64,000 nt of DNA. Source: Neoechinorhynchus agilis. Its lineage: Eukaryota > Animalia > Acanthocephala. Of the stretch, positions 35,994-48,699 are shown piece by piece. The notes below the pieces were generated by a model that did no database searches, was not told where the DNA came from, and saw only the letters and a list, made by a program, of their open reading frames with translations. How positions within the stretch are numbered: the first letter of the stretch is position 1; each line of letters starts with the position of its first letter. The translations under genes and the position numbers were made by a program. The DNA lies in assembly GCA_051530055.1 (NCBI GenBank), contig CM121343.1:2202389-2266388 (forward strand). The letters are read 5' to 3'.

Positions 35994-36000
35994 TTTTATA
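35994..36000 (-). promoter_or_regulatory. TATA box of the small secreted-peptide gene
   Basis: TATAAAAGGG on the minus strand, with an Inr-like TCAATC roughly 20-25 nt downstream and the ATG at 35941. Confidence 0.55.
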
Positions 36001-36684
36001 CTCCGGAAAGGTAAACAGAGTTGTGTTTATCTGAACGATGTTTTTGATTTGAATATTGAAAAGTTTACAAAACATGGATTGCTTAACAAAAAGTTTTCGA
36101 GGTGTTCTTAAGAGGGGTCTCAAATAAGACTGAAACCGAGGATGCTAAATTCGTATATTCCCTATTGCCTTTTCGCAGAGTAAACAGCATTCTTAAATAA
36201 AGAATATTATTGATAAATGGCAGTGTTCATTGATTGCTAAATGTTTATGAAGATTGCTAGTGGTGGCAGGACAAATAATGCAATGATAATGAATCAGGTT
36301 TAAAGGAAATTTTTGCCAACAAATTGCGATAAAGACCAAATGTTTGAAATTCAAATTATAAACGAAAACGTTGTTCAGATTTTTGTTTACCTTACATGGA
36401 GGCATGCGATTCGTATTCAAGATTTGATTTCCAAACTATCTTAATTGATGAAATGTTTTTGATTCGCTGTGATGTTTACCTTTGTTAAGCATAAATTAGA
36501 ATTTCTCTAGTCATAGTAGCATTTTCATATTGAGTGAATCGAAAAAAGACAGCCAAATCAAAACAAATATATCTTCCTCCCTAAACTTCTTTAGTTTATA
36601 ATATTTTCCCTTTTATGGTTTACTCACTTTCTAAGCTCAGCAGTGCCAATTTTATCTTTTTTAGAAAAAAGACACTGGAAAGTT

Positions 36685-39600
36685 CGCAAAGCGGTTAAGG
36701 GATTCATTGTGAAGCTGTATTGAACGTCCGACGTATTTTTGTACCGTGGAATTCGCCGTATTAACATAATTAAAAATATTCGAGAGAAAATCCCTTGGGC
36801 TGAGCGACGCTTAAAATCGAAAAAAAGTAAAATTATAGGCGAAAGCGGTTAAGGGATTCATTGTGAAGCTGTATTGAACGTCCGAAGTATTTTTGTACCG
36901 TGGAATTCGCCGTATTAACATAATTAAAAATATTCGAGAGAAAATCCTTTGGGCTGAGCGACGCTTAAAATCGAAAAAGGCAAAAATATAGGCGAAAGTG
37001 GTTAAGGGATTCATTGTGAAGCTGTATTGAACGTCCGACGTATTTTTGTACCGTGGAATTCGCCGTATTAACATAATTAAAAATATTCGCGAGAAAATCC
37101 TTTGGGCTGAGCGACGCTTAAAATCGAAAAAGGCAAAAATATAGGCGAAAGTGGTTAAGGGATTCATTGTGAAGCTGTATTGAACGTCCGACGTATTTTT
37201 GTACCGTGGAATTCGCCGTATTAACATAATTAAAAATATTCGAGAGAAAATCCTTTGGGCTGAGCGACGCTTAAAATCGAAAAAGGCAAAAATATAGGCG
37301 AAAGTGGTTAAGGGATTCACTGTGAAGCTGTATTGAACGTCCGACGTATTTTTGTACCGTGGAATTCGCCGTATTAACATAATTAAAAATATTCGAGAGA
37401 AAATCCTTTGGGCTGAGCGACGCTTAAAATCGAAAAAGGCAAAAATATAGGCGAAAGTGGTTAAGGGATTCATTTGAAGCTGTATTGAACGTCCGACGTA
37501 TTTTTGTACCGTGGAATTCGCCGTATTAACATAATTAAAAATATTCGAGAGAAAATCCTTTGGGCTGAGCGACGCGCCCAAAATCGAAAAAAGCAAAAAT
37601 ATAGGCGAAAGCGGTTAAGGGATTCATTGTGAAGCTGTATTGAACGTCCGACGTATTTTTGTACCGTGGAATTCGCCGTATTAACATAATTAAAAATATT
37701 CGAGAGAAAATCCTTTGGGCTGAGCGACGCTTAAAATCGAAAAAGGCAAAAATATAAGCGAAAGTGGTTAAGGGATTCATTGTGAAGCTGTATTGAACGT
37801 CCGACGTATTTTTGTACCGTGGAATTCGCCGTATTAACATAATTAAAAATATTCGAGAGAAAACCCCTTGGACTGAGCGACGCTTAAAATCGAAAAAAAA
37901 GCAAAAATATAGGCGAAAGCGGTTAAGGGATTCATTGTGAAGCTGTATTGAACGTCCGACGTATTTTTGTACCGTGGAATTCGCTGTATTAACATAATTA
38001 AAAATATTCGCGAGAAAATCCTTTGGGCTGAGCGACGCTTAAAATCGAAAAAGGCAAAAATATAGGCGAAAGTGGTTAAGGGATTCATTGTGAAGCTGTA
38101 TTGAACGTCCGACGTATTTTTGTAACGTGGAATTCGCCGTATTAACATAATTAAAAATATTCGAGAGAAAATCCTTTGGGCTGAGCGACGCTTAAAATCG
38201 AAAAAGGCAAAAATATAGGCGAAAGTGGTTAAGGGATTCATTGTGAAGCTGTATTGAACGTCCGACGTATTTTTGTACCGTGGAATTCGCCGTATTAACA
38301 GAATTAAAAATATTCGAGAGAAAATCCTTTGGGCTGAGCGACGCTTAAAATCGAAAAAAAGCAAAAATATAGGCGAAAGCGGTTAAGGGATTCATTGTGA
38401 AGCTGTATTGAACGTCCTACGTATTTTTGTACCGTGGAATTCGCCGTATTAACATAATTAAAAATATTCGCGAGAAAATCCTTTGAGCTGAGCGACGCTT
38501 AAAAATCGAAAAAAAAGCAAAAATATAGGCAGAAAGCGGTTAAAGAAGAGTTCATTGTGAAGCTGTATTGAACGTCCGACGTATTTTTGTACCGTGGAAT
38601 TCGCCGTATGAACAGAATTAAAAATATACGAGGGAAAATCCCTTGGGCTGAGCGACGCTTAAAATCGAAAAAAAAGCAAAAATATAGGCGAAAGCGGTTA
38701 AGGGATTCATTGTAAAGCTGTATTGAACGTCCGACGTATTTTTGTACCGTGGAATTCGCCGTATGAACAGAATTAAAAATATACGAGGGAAAATCCCTTG
38801 GGCTGAGCGACGCTTAAAATCGAAAAAAAAAGCAAAAATATAGGCGAAAGTGGTTAAGGGATTCATTGTGAAGCTGTATTGAACGTCCTACGTATTTTTG
38901 TACCGTGGAATTCGCCGTATTAACATAATTAAAAATATTCGAGAGAAAATCCTTTGAGCTGAGCGACGCTTAAAATCGAAAAAAAAGCAAAAATATAGGC
39001 GAAAGTGGTTAAGGGATTCATTGTGAAGCTGTATTGAACGTCCGACGTATTTTTGTAACGTGGAATTCGCCGTATTAACATAATTAAAAATATTCGAGAG
39101 AAAATCCTTTGGGCTGAGCGACGCTTAAAATCGAAAAAGGCAAAAATATAGGCGTGAAAGTGGTTAAAGGGATTCATTGTGAAGCTGTATTGAACGTCCG
39201 ACGTATTTTTGTACCGTGGAATTCGCCGTATGAACAGAATTAAAAATATACGAGGGAAAATCCCTTGGGCTGAGCGACGCTTAAAATCGAAAAAAAAAGC
39301 AAAAATATAGGCGAAAGTGGTTAAGGGATTCATTGTGAAGCTGTATTGAACGTCCGACGTATTTTTGTACCGTGGAATTCGCCGTATTAACATAATTAAA
39401 AATATTCGCGAGAAAATCCTTTGGGCTGAGCGACGCTTAAAATCGAAAAAGGCAAAAATATAGGCGAAAGCGCTTAAGGGATTCATTGTGAAGCTGTATT
39501 GAACGTCCGACGTATTTTTGTACCGTGGAATTCGCCGTATTAACATAATTAAAAATATTCGAGAGAAAATCCTTTGAGCTGAGCGACGCTTAAAATCGAA

Positions 39601-42600
39601 AAAAAAGCAAAAATATAGGCGAAAGCGGTTAAGGGATTCATTGTGAAGCTGTATTGAACGTCCGACGTATTTTTGTACCGTGGAATTCGCCGTATGAACA
39701 GAATTAAAAATATACGAGGGAAAATCCCTTGGGCTGAGCGACGCTTAAAATCGAAAAAAAAAGCAAAAATATAGGCGAAAGTGGTTAAGGGATTCATTGT
39801 GAAGCTGTATTGAACGTCCGACGTATTTTTGTACCGTGGAATTCGCCGTATTAACATGAACGAAAATATTCGAGAGAAAATCCTTTGAGCTGAGCGACGC
39901 TTAAAATCGAAAAAAAGCAAAAATATAGGCGAAAGCGGTTAGAGGGATTCGTTGTGAAGCTGTATTGAACGTCCGACGTATTTTTGTATAATGATCGCCA
40001 TATTAACATAATTAAAAATATTCGAGGGAAAATCCCTTGGGCTGAGCGACGCTTAAAGTCGAAAAAAAAGCAAAAATATAGGCGAAAGCGGTTAAGGGAT
40101 TCATTGTGAAGCTGTATTGAACGTCCGACGTATTTTTGTAACGTGGAATTCGCCGTATTAACATAATTAAAAATATTCGAGAGAAAATCCTTTGGGCTGA
40201 GCGACGCCAAAATCGAAAAAGGCAAAAATATAGGCGAAAGTGGTTAAGGGATTCATTGTGAAGCTGTATTGAACGTCCGACGTATTTTTGTACCGTGGAA
40301 TTCGCCGTATTAACATAATTAAAAATATTCGAGAGAAAATCCTTTGGGCTGAGCGACGCTTAAAATCGAAAAAAAAGCAAAAATATAGGCGAAAGCGGTT
40401 AAGGGATTCATTGTGAAGCTGTATTGAACGTCCGACGTATTTTTGTACCGTGGAATTCGCCGTATTAACATAATTAAAAATATTCGAGAGAAAATCCTTT
40501 GGGCTGAGCGACGCTTAAAATCGAAAAAAAGCAAAAATATAGGCGAAAGCGGTTAAGGGATTCATTGTGAAGCTGTATTGAACGTCCGACGTATTTTTGT
40601 ACCGTGGAATTCGCCGTATTAACATAATTAAAAATATTCGAGAGAAAATCCTTTGGGCTGAGCGACGCTTAAAATCGAAAAAAAGCAAAAATATAGGCGA
40701 AAGTGGTTAAGGGATTCATTGTGAAGCTGTATTGAACGTCCGAAGTATTTTTGTACCGTGGAATTCGCCGTATTAACATAATTAAAAATATTCGAGAGAA
40801 AATCCTTTGGGCTGAGCGACGCTTAAAATCGAAAAAGGCAAAAATATAGGCGAAAGCGGTTAAGGGATTCATTGTGAAGCTGTATTGAACGTCCGACGTA
40901 TTTTTGTACCGTGGAATTCGCCGTATTAACATAATTAAAAATATTCGAGAGAAAATCCTTTGGGCTGAGCGACGCTTAAAATCGAAAAAGGCAAAAATAT
41001 AGGCGAAAGCGCTTAAGGGATTCATTGTGAAGCTGTATTGAACGTCCGACGTATTTTTGTACCGTGGAATTCGCCGTATTAACATAATTAAAAATATTCG
41101 AGAGAAAATCCCTTGGGCTGAGCGACGCTTAAAATCGAAAAAAGCAAAAATATAGGCGAAAGCGGTTAAGGGATTCATTGTGAAGCTGTATTGAACGTCC
41201 GACGTATTTTTGTACCGTGGAATTCGCCGTATTAACATAATTAAAAATATTCGAGAGAAAATCCCTTGGGCTGAGCGACGCTTAAAGTCGAAAAAAAGCA
41301 AAAATATAGGCGAAAGCGGTTAAGGGATTCATTGTGAAGCTGTATTGAACGTCCGACGTATTTTTGTACCGTGGAATTCGCCGTATTAACATAATTAAAA
41401 ATATTCGAGAGAAAATCCTTTGAGCTGAGCGACGCTTAAAATCGAAAAAAAGCAAAAATATAGGCGAAAGTGGTTAAGGGATTCATTGTGAAGCTGTATT
41501 GAACGTCCGACGTATTTTTGTACCGTGGAATTCGCCGTATTAACATAATTAAAAATATTCGAGGGAAAATCCCTTGGGCTGAGCGACGCTTAAAGTCGAA
41601 AAAAGCAAAATTATAGGCGAAAGCGGTTAAGGGATTCATTGTGAAGCTGTATTGAACGTCCGACGTATTTTTGTACCGTGGAATTCGCCGTATTAACATA
41701 ATTAAAAATATTCGAGAGAAAATCCTTTGGGCTGAGCGACGCTTAAAAGATCGAAAAGGCAAAAATATAGGCGAAAGCGGTTAAGGGATTCATTGTGAAG
41801 CTGTATTGAACGTCCGACGTATTTTTGTACCGTGGAATTCGCCGTATTAACATAATTAAAAATATTCGAGAGAAAATCCCTTGGGCTGAGCGACGCTTAA
41901 AATCGAAAAAAAAGCAAAAATATAGGCGAAAGCGGTTAAGGGATTCATTGTGAAGCTGCATTGAACGTCCGACGTATTTTTGTACCGTGGAATTCGCCGG
42001 CAAGACAGAATTAAAAATATACGAGGGAAAATCCTTTGGACTGAGCGACGCTTAAAATCGAAAAAAAGCAAAATTATAGGCGAAAGCGGTTAAGGGATTC
42101 ATTGTGAAGCTGTATTGAACGTCCGACGTATTTTTGTACCGTGGAATTCGCCGTATTAACATAATTAAAAAAAAATATTCGAGAGAAAATCCTTTGGGCT
42201 GAGCGACGCTTAAAATCGAAAAAGGCAAAAATATAGGCGAAAGCGGTTAAGGGATTCATTGTGAAGCTGTATTGAACGTCCGACGTATTTTTGTACCGTG
42301 GAATTCGCCGTATTAACATAATTAAAAATATTCGAGAGAAAATCCCTTGGGCTGAGCGACGCTTAAAGTCGAAAAAAAAAGCAAAAATATAGGCGAAAGC
42401 GGTTAAGGGATTCATTGTGAAGCTGCATTGAACGTCCGACGTATTTTTGTACCGTGGAATTCGCCGTATGAACAGAATTAAAAATATGCGAGGGAAAATC
42501 CTTTGGACTGAGCGACGCTTAAAATCGAAAAAAGCAAAATTATAGGCGAAAGCGGTTAAGGGATTCATTGTGAAGCTGTATTGAACGTCCAGCGTATTTT

Positions 42601-42912
42601 TGTACCGTGGAATTCGCCGTATTAACATAATTAAAAATATTCGAGAGAAAATCCTTTGGGCTGAGCGACGCTTAAAATCGAAAAAAAAGCAAAAATATAG
42701 GCGAAAGCGGTTAAGGGATTCATTGTGAAGCTGTATTGAACGTCCGACGTATTTTTCTACCGTGGAATTCGCCGTATTAACATAATTAAAAATATACGAG
42801 GGAAAATCCCTTGGGCTGAGCGACGCTTAAAATCGAAAAAGGCAAAAATATAGGCGAAAGCGGTTAAGGGATTCATTGTGAAGCTGTATTGAACGTCCGA
42901 CGTATTTTTTCT
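36685..42912. repeat. Satellite array, unit of about 153-155 bp, about 40 copies (6.2 kb)
   Basis: gggattcattgtgaagctg recurs at 36699, 36853, 37006 and onward. Length variation comes mostly from an A-tract. The minus-strand ORFs listed here are artefacts of the repeat. Confidence 0.97.
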
Positions 42913-43599
42913 ACTGTTGAATTTGCCAAAACGACGCTTAGTCTGATGACACAAAAGATAGCCGAAATATTTAATGTGATTGTAAGCGAGTCCTGATTTT
43001 CATGGTTACAAAAGATAATTTGACCAATATTTTTGTAATAAGGCAAACAAAACACCGGGAAAATTTTCAGGTCCGTCGTTTGTAGCCAAAGAAAATTTCT
43101 CGTAAAGTAGTGCGAATAGTCACTACATACCGACGGAGATTTCATAGCATTGGAATAGAACTTGATTAGCCGGGTTACGTCGTCGATCGGTGCCAAACAA
43201 GTGAACGCACGCGTGAAAGATTAGCGAATTAACGGAGCGGATTAATATAATTGGCCTAGAAACCAACAGTTTGACCTTAGTACATTTTTTCGTCATAAAT
43301 TATCCTTATAGGATCCTTTTCGATTATCATTATGAGTCGAAAATCAATCGAAAAGGATAACACGCGGTTGAGGAATCAGTCGACAGTCCACCAACACCTC
43401 CAAGAATGAACATCCCACTTGGAATAAGGAGTGCATTTCAACATTGGTTTTTATTTTTGAGCTCTCAAACTTGGGACACATAGTTGATTGGTGTCTTGGT
43501 CGAATAAACTTAACCCGTTTTATTTACTGGACAAATAAACAAGAGATGCACTTTAGGGGGTGCTTAATTGACGAATGAAATTAGTGAGTTGCAGCATAA

Positions 43600-43715
43600 A
43601 AATTAAAAGAATTTATTGATTCCGATATTTATGCAAAATCTTGTAGGCGTTTATCAAAATGACAACTGAGTGTGGCTCCTGAGACAATCGGAATCAATAA
43701 ACTCTTTTAATTTTC
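43600..43715. repeat. Short hairpin related to the 171-bp satellite monomer and the Penelope pLTR at 16286
   Basis: aaaattaaaagaatttattgattccgat / atcggaatcaataaactcttttaatttt. The minus strand reads TTGATAA-ACGCCTACAAGATTTTGCAT-AAATATCGGAATCAATAAATTC. Confidence 0.65.
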
Positions 43716-43879
43716 CGCCATATAAAAAGGTCATGAACAATTCAATCTTCATACGTTATTGTTTAGGTCGCTTGTCGACACCCAATCGATATCGTAAAAG
43801 ACGAATATATTTCGACTGATTGAATCCTAGTCATTGTAAGTTCAATTGTTTGTAACTTTTTAAATATGTGAGTTCAGTT

Positions 43880-46140
43880 GGTTATTTTCTGGCGCGTAGA
43901 AAAATTAAAATGATTTTGCTTTGAAATCCGATATTTTGGAGGCAAAATTTTGAACGCGTTTATAAAGGTTGTTTGAAAGTTATCTTTGTGAACAGTTCAA
44001 TCCCTTCAAATTATTAGTTCAGTGTTTGAAGGGATTGAACTGTTCATAAAGTTCGTTGTTTTCGGCAAGTAGAAAAATTAGATTTTATTTCAAAATCCGA
44101 TATTTTGGAGGCAAAATCTTGTACGCGTTTATAAAGGTTGTTTGAAAGTTATCTTTGTGAACAGTTCAATTTCTTCAAATAATTAATTCAGTGTTTGAAG
44201 GAATTCAACTGTTCATAACGTGGTTGTTTTATATGGTGAAGAAATTAAAATGATTTTGCTTTGAAATCCGATATTTTGGAGGCAAAATCTTGTACGCGTT
44301 TATAAAGGTTGTTTGAAAGTTATCTTTGTGAACAGTTCAATTTCCAAATAATTAATTCAGTGTTTGAAGGGATTGAACGGTTCATAACGTGGTTGTTTTA
44401 TATATTGAAGAAATTAAAATGATTTTATTTTAAAATCCAATATTTTTGAGGCAAAATCTTGTACGCGTTTATAAAGGTCGTTTGAAAGTTATCTTTATGA
44501 ACAGTTCAATTTCTTCAAATAATTAATTCAGTGTTTGAAGGGATTGAACGGTTCATAAAGTGGTTGTTTTATATGGTGAAGAAATTAAAATGATTTTATT
44601 TTAAAGTCCGATATTTTCGAGGCAAAATTTTGAACGCGTTTATAAAGGTTGTTTGAAAGTTATCTTTATGAACAGTTCAATTTCTTCAAATAATTAATTC
44701 AGTGTTTGAAGGGATTGAACGGTTCATAACGTGGTTGTTTTATATGGTGAAGAAATTAAAATGATTTTATTTTAAAATCCGATATTTTTGAGGCAAAATT
44801 TTGAACGCGTTTATAAAGGTTGTTTGAAAGTTATCTTTATGAACAGTTCAATTTCTTCAAATAATTAATTCAGTGTTTGAAGGGATTGAACGGTTCATAA
44901 AGTGGTTGTTTTATATGGTGAAGAAATTAAAATGATTTTATTTTAAAGTCCGATATTTTCGAGGCAAAATTTTGAACGCGTTTATAAAGGTTGTTTGAAA
45001 GTTATCTTTATGAACAGTTCAATTTATTCAAATAATTAATTCAATGTTTGAAGGGATTGAACGGTTCATAACGTAGTTGTTTTATATGGCGAAGAAATTA
45101 AAATGATTTTATTTTAAAGTCCGATATTTTCGAGGCAAAATTTTGAACGCGTTTATAAAGGTTGTTTGAAAGTTATCTTTATGAACAGTTCAATTTCTTC
45201 AAATAATTAATTCAGTGTTTGAAGGGATTGAACGGTTCATAAAGTGGTTGTTTTATATGGTGAAGAAATTAAAATGATTTTGCTTTGAAATCCGATATTT
45301 TGGAGGCAAAATCTTGTACGCGTTTATAAAGGTTGTTTGAAAGTTATCTTTGTGAACAGTTCAATTTCTTCAAATAATTAATTCAGTGTTTGAAGGGATT
45401 GAACGGTTCATAAAGTGGTTGTTTTATATGGTGAAGAAATTAAAATGATTTTATTTTAAAGTCCGATATTTTCGAGGCAAAATTTTGAACGCGTTTATAA
45501 AGGTTGTTTGAAAGTTATCTTTATGAACAGTTCAATTTCTTCAAATAATTAATTCAGTGTTTGAAGGGATTGAACGGTTCATAAAGTGGTTGTTTTATAT
45601 GGTGAAGAAATTAAAATGATTTTATTTTAAAGTCCGATATTTTCGAGGCAAAATTTTGAACGCGTTTATAAAGGTTGTTTGAAAGTTATCTTTATGAACA
45701 GTTCAATTAATTCAAATAATTAATTCAATGTTTGAAGGGATTGAACGGTTCATAACGTGGTTGTTTTATATATTGAAGAAATTAAAATGATTTTATTTTA
45801 AAGTCCGATATTTTTGAGGAAAAATTTTGAACGCGTTTATAAAGGTCGTTTGAAAGTTATCTTTATGAACAGTTCAATTTCTTCAAATAATTAATTCAGT
45901 GTTTGAAGGGATTGAACGGTTCATAAAGTGGTTGTTTTATATTGTGAAGAAATTAAAATGATTTTATTTTAAAATCCGATATTTTTGAGGGAAAATCCTG
46001 TACGCGTTTATAAAGGTTGTTTGAAAGTTATCTTTATGAACAGTTCAATTAATTCAAATAATTAATTCAATGTTTGAAAGGATTGAACAGTTCAAAAAGT
46101 TCGTTGTTTAGTGGCACGTCGAAAAAATAAGATTTTAAAG
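43880..46140. repeat. Satellite array, 171-bp unit, about 13 copies, each with a 21-bp hairpin
   Basis: ccgatatt recurs at 43928, 44097, 44268, 44437, 44608, 44779, 44950, 45121, 45292 and onward. The stem gaacagttcaatcccttcaaa / tttgaagggattgaactgttc is perfect in the first copy. Confidence 0.96.
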
Positions 46141-46567
46141 TTCGATTAATTTCGGTCCAATATTATGCCAAAAAATGGAATCAGTTTTTCTACGCACTAG
46201 AAAACAATGAATTAGTTCATTCCTGATTTCCTATCTGACCCTGACGACTACATTCAATGGAACCATTCTGGGGTTCCGTGTTCCGTGAATTGATAAGTGC
46301 GCGAATGTCACGTACCATGATCACGCAATTCGCTCCACCTAGACGACCCGCGCATGTATCCGTGTGGACGCTTCACTTTGTGCCGTTCGATTCACCGAAC
46401 GTGTGTTTATGTTTGTCGCCGTTGTGACGGCACACCGCTATCCATCAAATATTTTAATATCGATTTTTGTTATTTACACACAAAAACGGTGACACTTTTA
46501 GTATTGATTTTTTTTGATTACTTGCGCTGTTATCGAGGATCGATTCATTAGTCGGTTTTAGATAAAT

Positions 46568-48064
46568 ATGGACAACAAGGACCTAAGTACATATATCCCC
46601 GGCGCAAATAATTATTTTCCCGTGGACGCGGCCGCAATATTCAATTCTTGTTTAGTGAAATCAGTGGAAGATGGCTCAAAACTGGACAACCAGGACACAT
46701 TCCAGGGTCCTAAGACCAACTGCCTTGGAAATGTGTCCCCTGAGTCTGGGTACCGATCGCTACGTGAAAGTATTTGTGATGAAACCATGGGCTCGAAATT
46801 CGGAGCTATCGGTACACCGGTCATTCGGAATAAGTCTCTTGGCCATTTAGCTCAAACCGACAGCATTCATTTAGACCTACTTCGTGATCGTTCAGCATCT
46901 CTTCCAACTAGAAAAGGCCCTGATGATACGGATGCTCAATTGTCCAATCTTCCTGGTCTGGATGGTTTATTATTTTTACCTCCTCCACCGGGCATACCTG
47001 TCACACAAGTTGCGATCTACTCAACGGACGAATCTCTGGTCGAAAAACAACTATCTGATCAAATTTGTCACTTGAATCTCGCCAATGAAACATTGTGTAA
47101 TTTGGACTCAACGCTGACGTCGTTCAATTCAGTATTGGATCGATCAAGTTCATGTGATTTCAAAGATGACGCTACCGTGCCTTTGAACAGACAATATGAT
47201 TCTCGAATTTCGTTGAACTCATGTACAAATCCAGTCATGTCTCCCCTGTCGTTTTGTAACTTTGGCAATTGGAATCAGAGAAGTGACGGCTGGCATAAAT
47301 CATACGGGTCTTTAGTCCCTCAGCCGAGTTCGTTGATGGATAATACTGGATTGTTTGTTAGTAACTCCAAGCACCTGAATGGAATCGATTGGTTAAACCA
47401 AAATGAGTGCAAATCTATTCTTACAAACTCAAATGCTGAAATCCATAATCCCTCTCCGTCCGTATTTCCGCTTAGTATCATGCGTTCCAGTCTTATAGCA
47501 CCCCACGACTTTAGGAAATCTTCAGTTGGTGTTTCAATTGACCACTTAGTCCATTTAGTATTCAATTTAAAAATGAATCCAGTTTGCATTTACAAAGATT
47601 TAAGCAGGAATGTAATCGAATTGCTCATCGATGAAGTAATGAAACATGACAAATGTAATGTTAGACCACTAAGATCTCAGAGTATAAATCCCATGATTAT
47701 CAAAAGGACAATTAAAGATGCCCTGCTCACATCAAGATTGGAAATATGCGTTTTTTGTAGGAATAACGGCGAAAATGTATTACTCTGTACAAGCCACGTC
47801 CTTAAGGACAATGAGAAACGTATTGTATGTCCTGTGCTGAGAAATTACAAGTGCACTTTATGTGGAGCAAGTGGTCAATATGCTCACACATTGCGATATT
47901 GCCCCAGAAACCACTCGAGCTCAACACGAGTTCAAAAGTCGTCCGATGTCATTATCGCTCAGCAGCCCCAAGATTTTGCTTGGATGGATCTAAACAATCT
48001 ACTGGAACTATCATCAGATCTACTTACTAAAAGCTCCGTTTACAATTTCAACAACGCCCATTGA
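46568..48064 (+). CDS. nanos: Nanos, intronless, 498 aa
   Basis: Double CCHC finger CVFCRNNGEN..CTSHVLKD....VCPVLRNYKCTLCGASG..AHTLRYCP near the C-terminus. Confidence 0.95.
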   Translation: MDNKDLSTYIPGANNYFPVDAAAIFNSCLVKSVEDGSKLDNQDTFQGPKTNCLGNVSPESGYRSLRESICDETMGSKFGAIGTPVIRNKSLGHLAQTDSIHLDLLRDRSASLPTRKGPDDTDAQLSNLPGLDGLLFLPPPPGIPVTQVAIYSTDESLVEKQLSDQICHLNLANETLCNLDSTLTSFNSVLDRSSSCDFKDDATVPLNRQYDSRISLNSCTNPVMSPLSFCNFGNWNQRSDGWHKSYGSLVPQPSSLMDNTGLFVSNSKHLNGIDWLNQNECKSILTNSNAEIHNPSPSVFPLSIMRSSLIAPHDFRKSSVGVSIDHLVHLVFNLKMNPVCIYKDLSRNVIELLIDEVMKHDKCNVRPLRSQSINPMIIKRTIKDALLTSRLEICVFCRNNGENVLLCTSHVLKDNEKRIVCPVLRNYKCTLCGASGQYAHTLRYCPRNHSSSTRVQKSSDVIIAQQPQDFAWMDLNNLLELSSDLLTKSSVYNFNNAH

Positions 48065-48699
48065 AGCACCGACTGCCAAATTAAATAAGTAAAATTAGTA
48101 GGATCGCAGTTGTTTTGAATCTAAAGTATATTTGTTATTTGATTGATGCAATTCGTAAACAAGTTCTAACAAAAAAAATCTCCAAGGTACGTTGAGGGCA
48201 TGTAAAATCGACGGAAAATTCACGAGCATTTTCTCATCCATTTACAGCCTCCTGTATTTGTTGCTTCAGTTAAAAGTGCAATTAAAAATCATAAACAATT
48301 CGAAGGATATTCTAAAAATTTCCCATTTACTTTTGCGGAATTATTCCGATATTATTTGTTCATATTTGCTGCAATCAATTCTTTTTGCAAGTTCACTAAA
48401 GAAGGTAACAACTTATCGTGAAAATTAAAGGGTAATTGCAGATTTCGACCGCATTGTTTGGATTGTAACATTCAAAACCGTCCGTGATGTCTCATGAGTT
48501 CTTTATATTTCGTTCATAAAAATTTCATATTTAATTTTTAAGGCGAATTACGTGCTTCTCCAACTTTTTTTAACAACTTTTCAATGCATTGAATATGGAT
48601 CGCCAACATAAACGAAATTGATTTAGGTAGCTACTCAAAAATGATTGCAAACTGAATGGAAATCTAAAAATCGATGCAACTGCACTTTTTAAAAACATC

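Noticed and set aside
36811-42954. Long repetitive minus-strand ORFs (MLIRRIPRYKNTSDVQYSFT...)
   Set aside because: They are translations of the 153-155-bp satellite. Frames break whenever the A-tract length changes, and there is no promoter or unique terminus.
42944-42972. CTGATGA...CGAAATATT at the end of the 154-bp array; similar partial motifs at 62616 and 62862
   Set aside because: Stem II is unpaired or deleted, or the CTGA core is absent. At most these are eroded relics, so they are not counted as ribozymes.
43880-46140. Hairpin-containing regular repeats suggesting a CRISPR array
   Set aside because: The whole 171-bp unit is repeated with no unique spacers, there are no cas genes, and the context is eukaryotic. 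The same applies to the 186- and 248-bp arrays.
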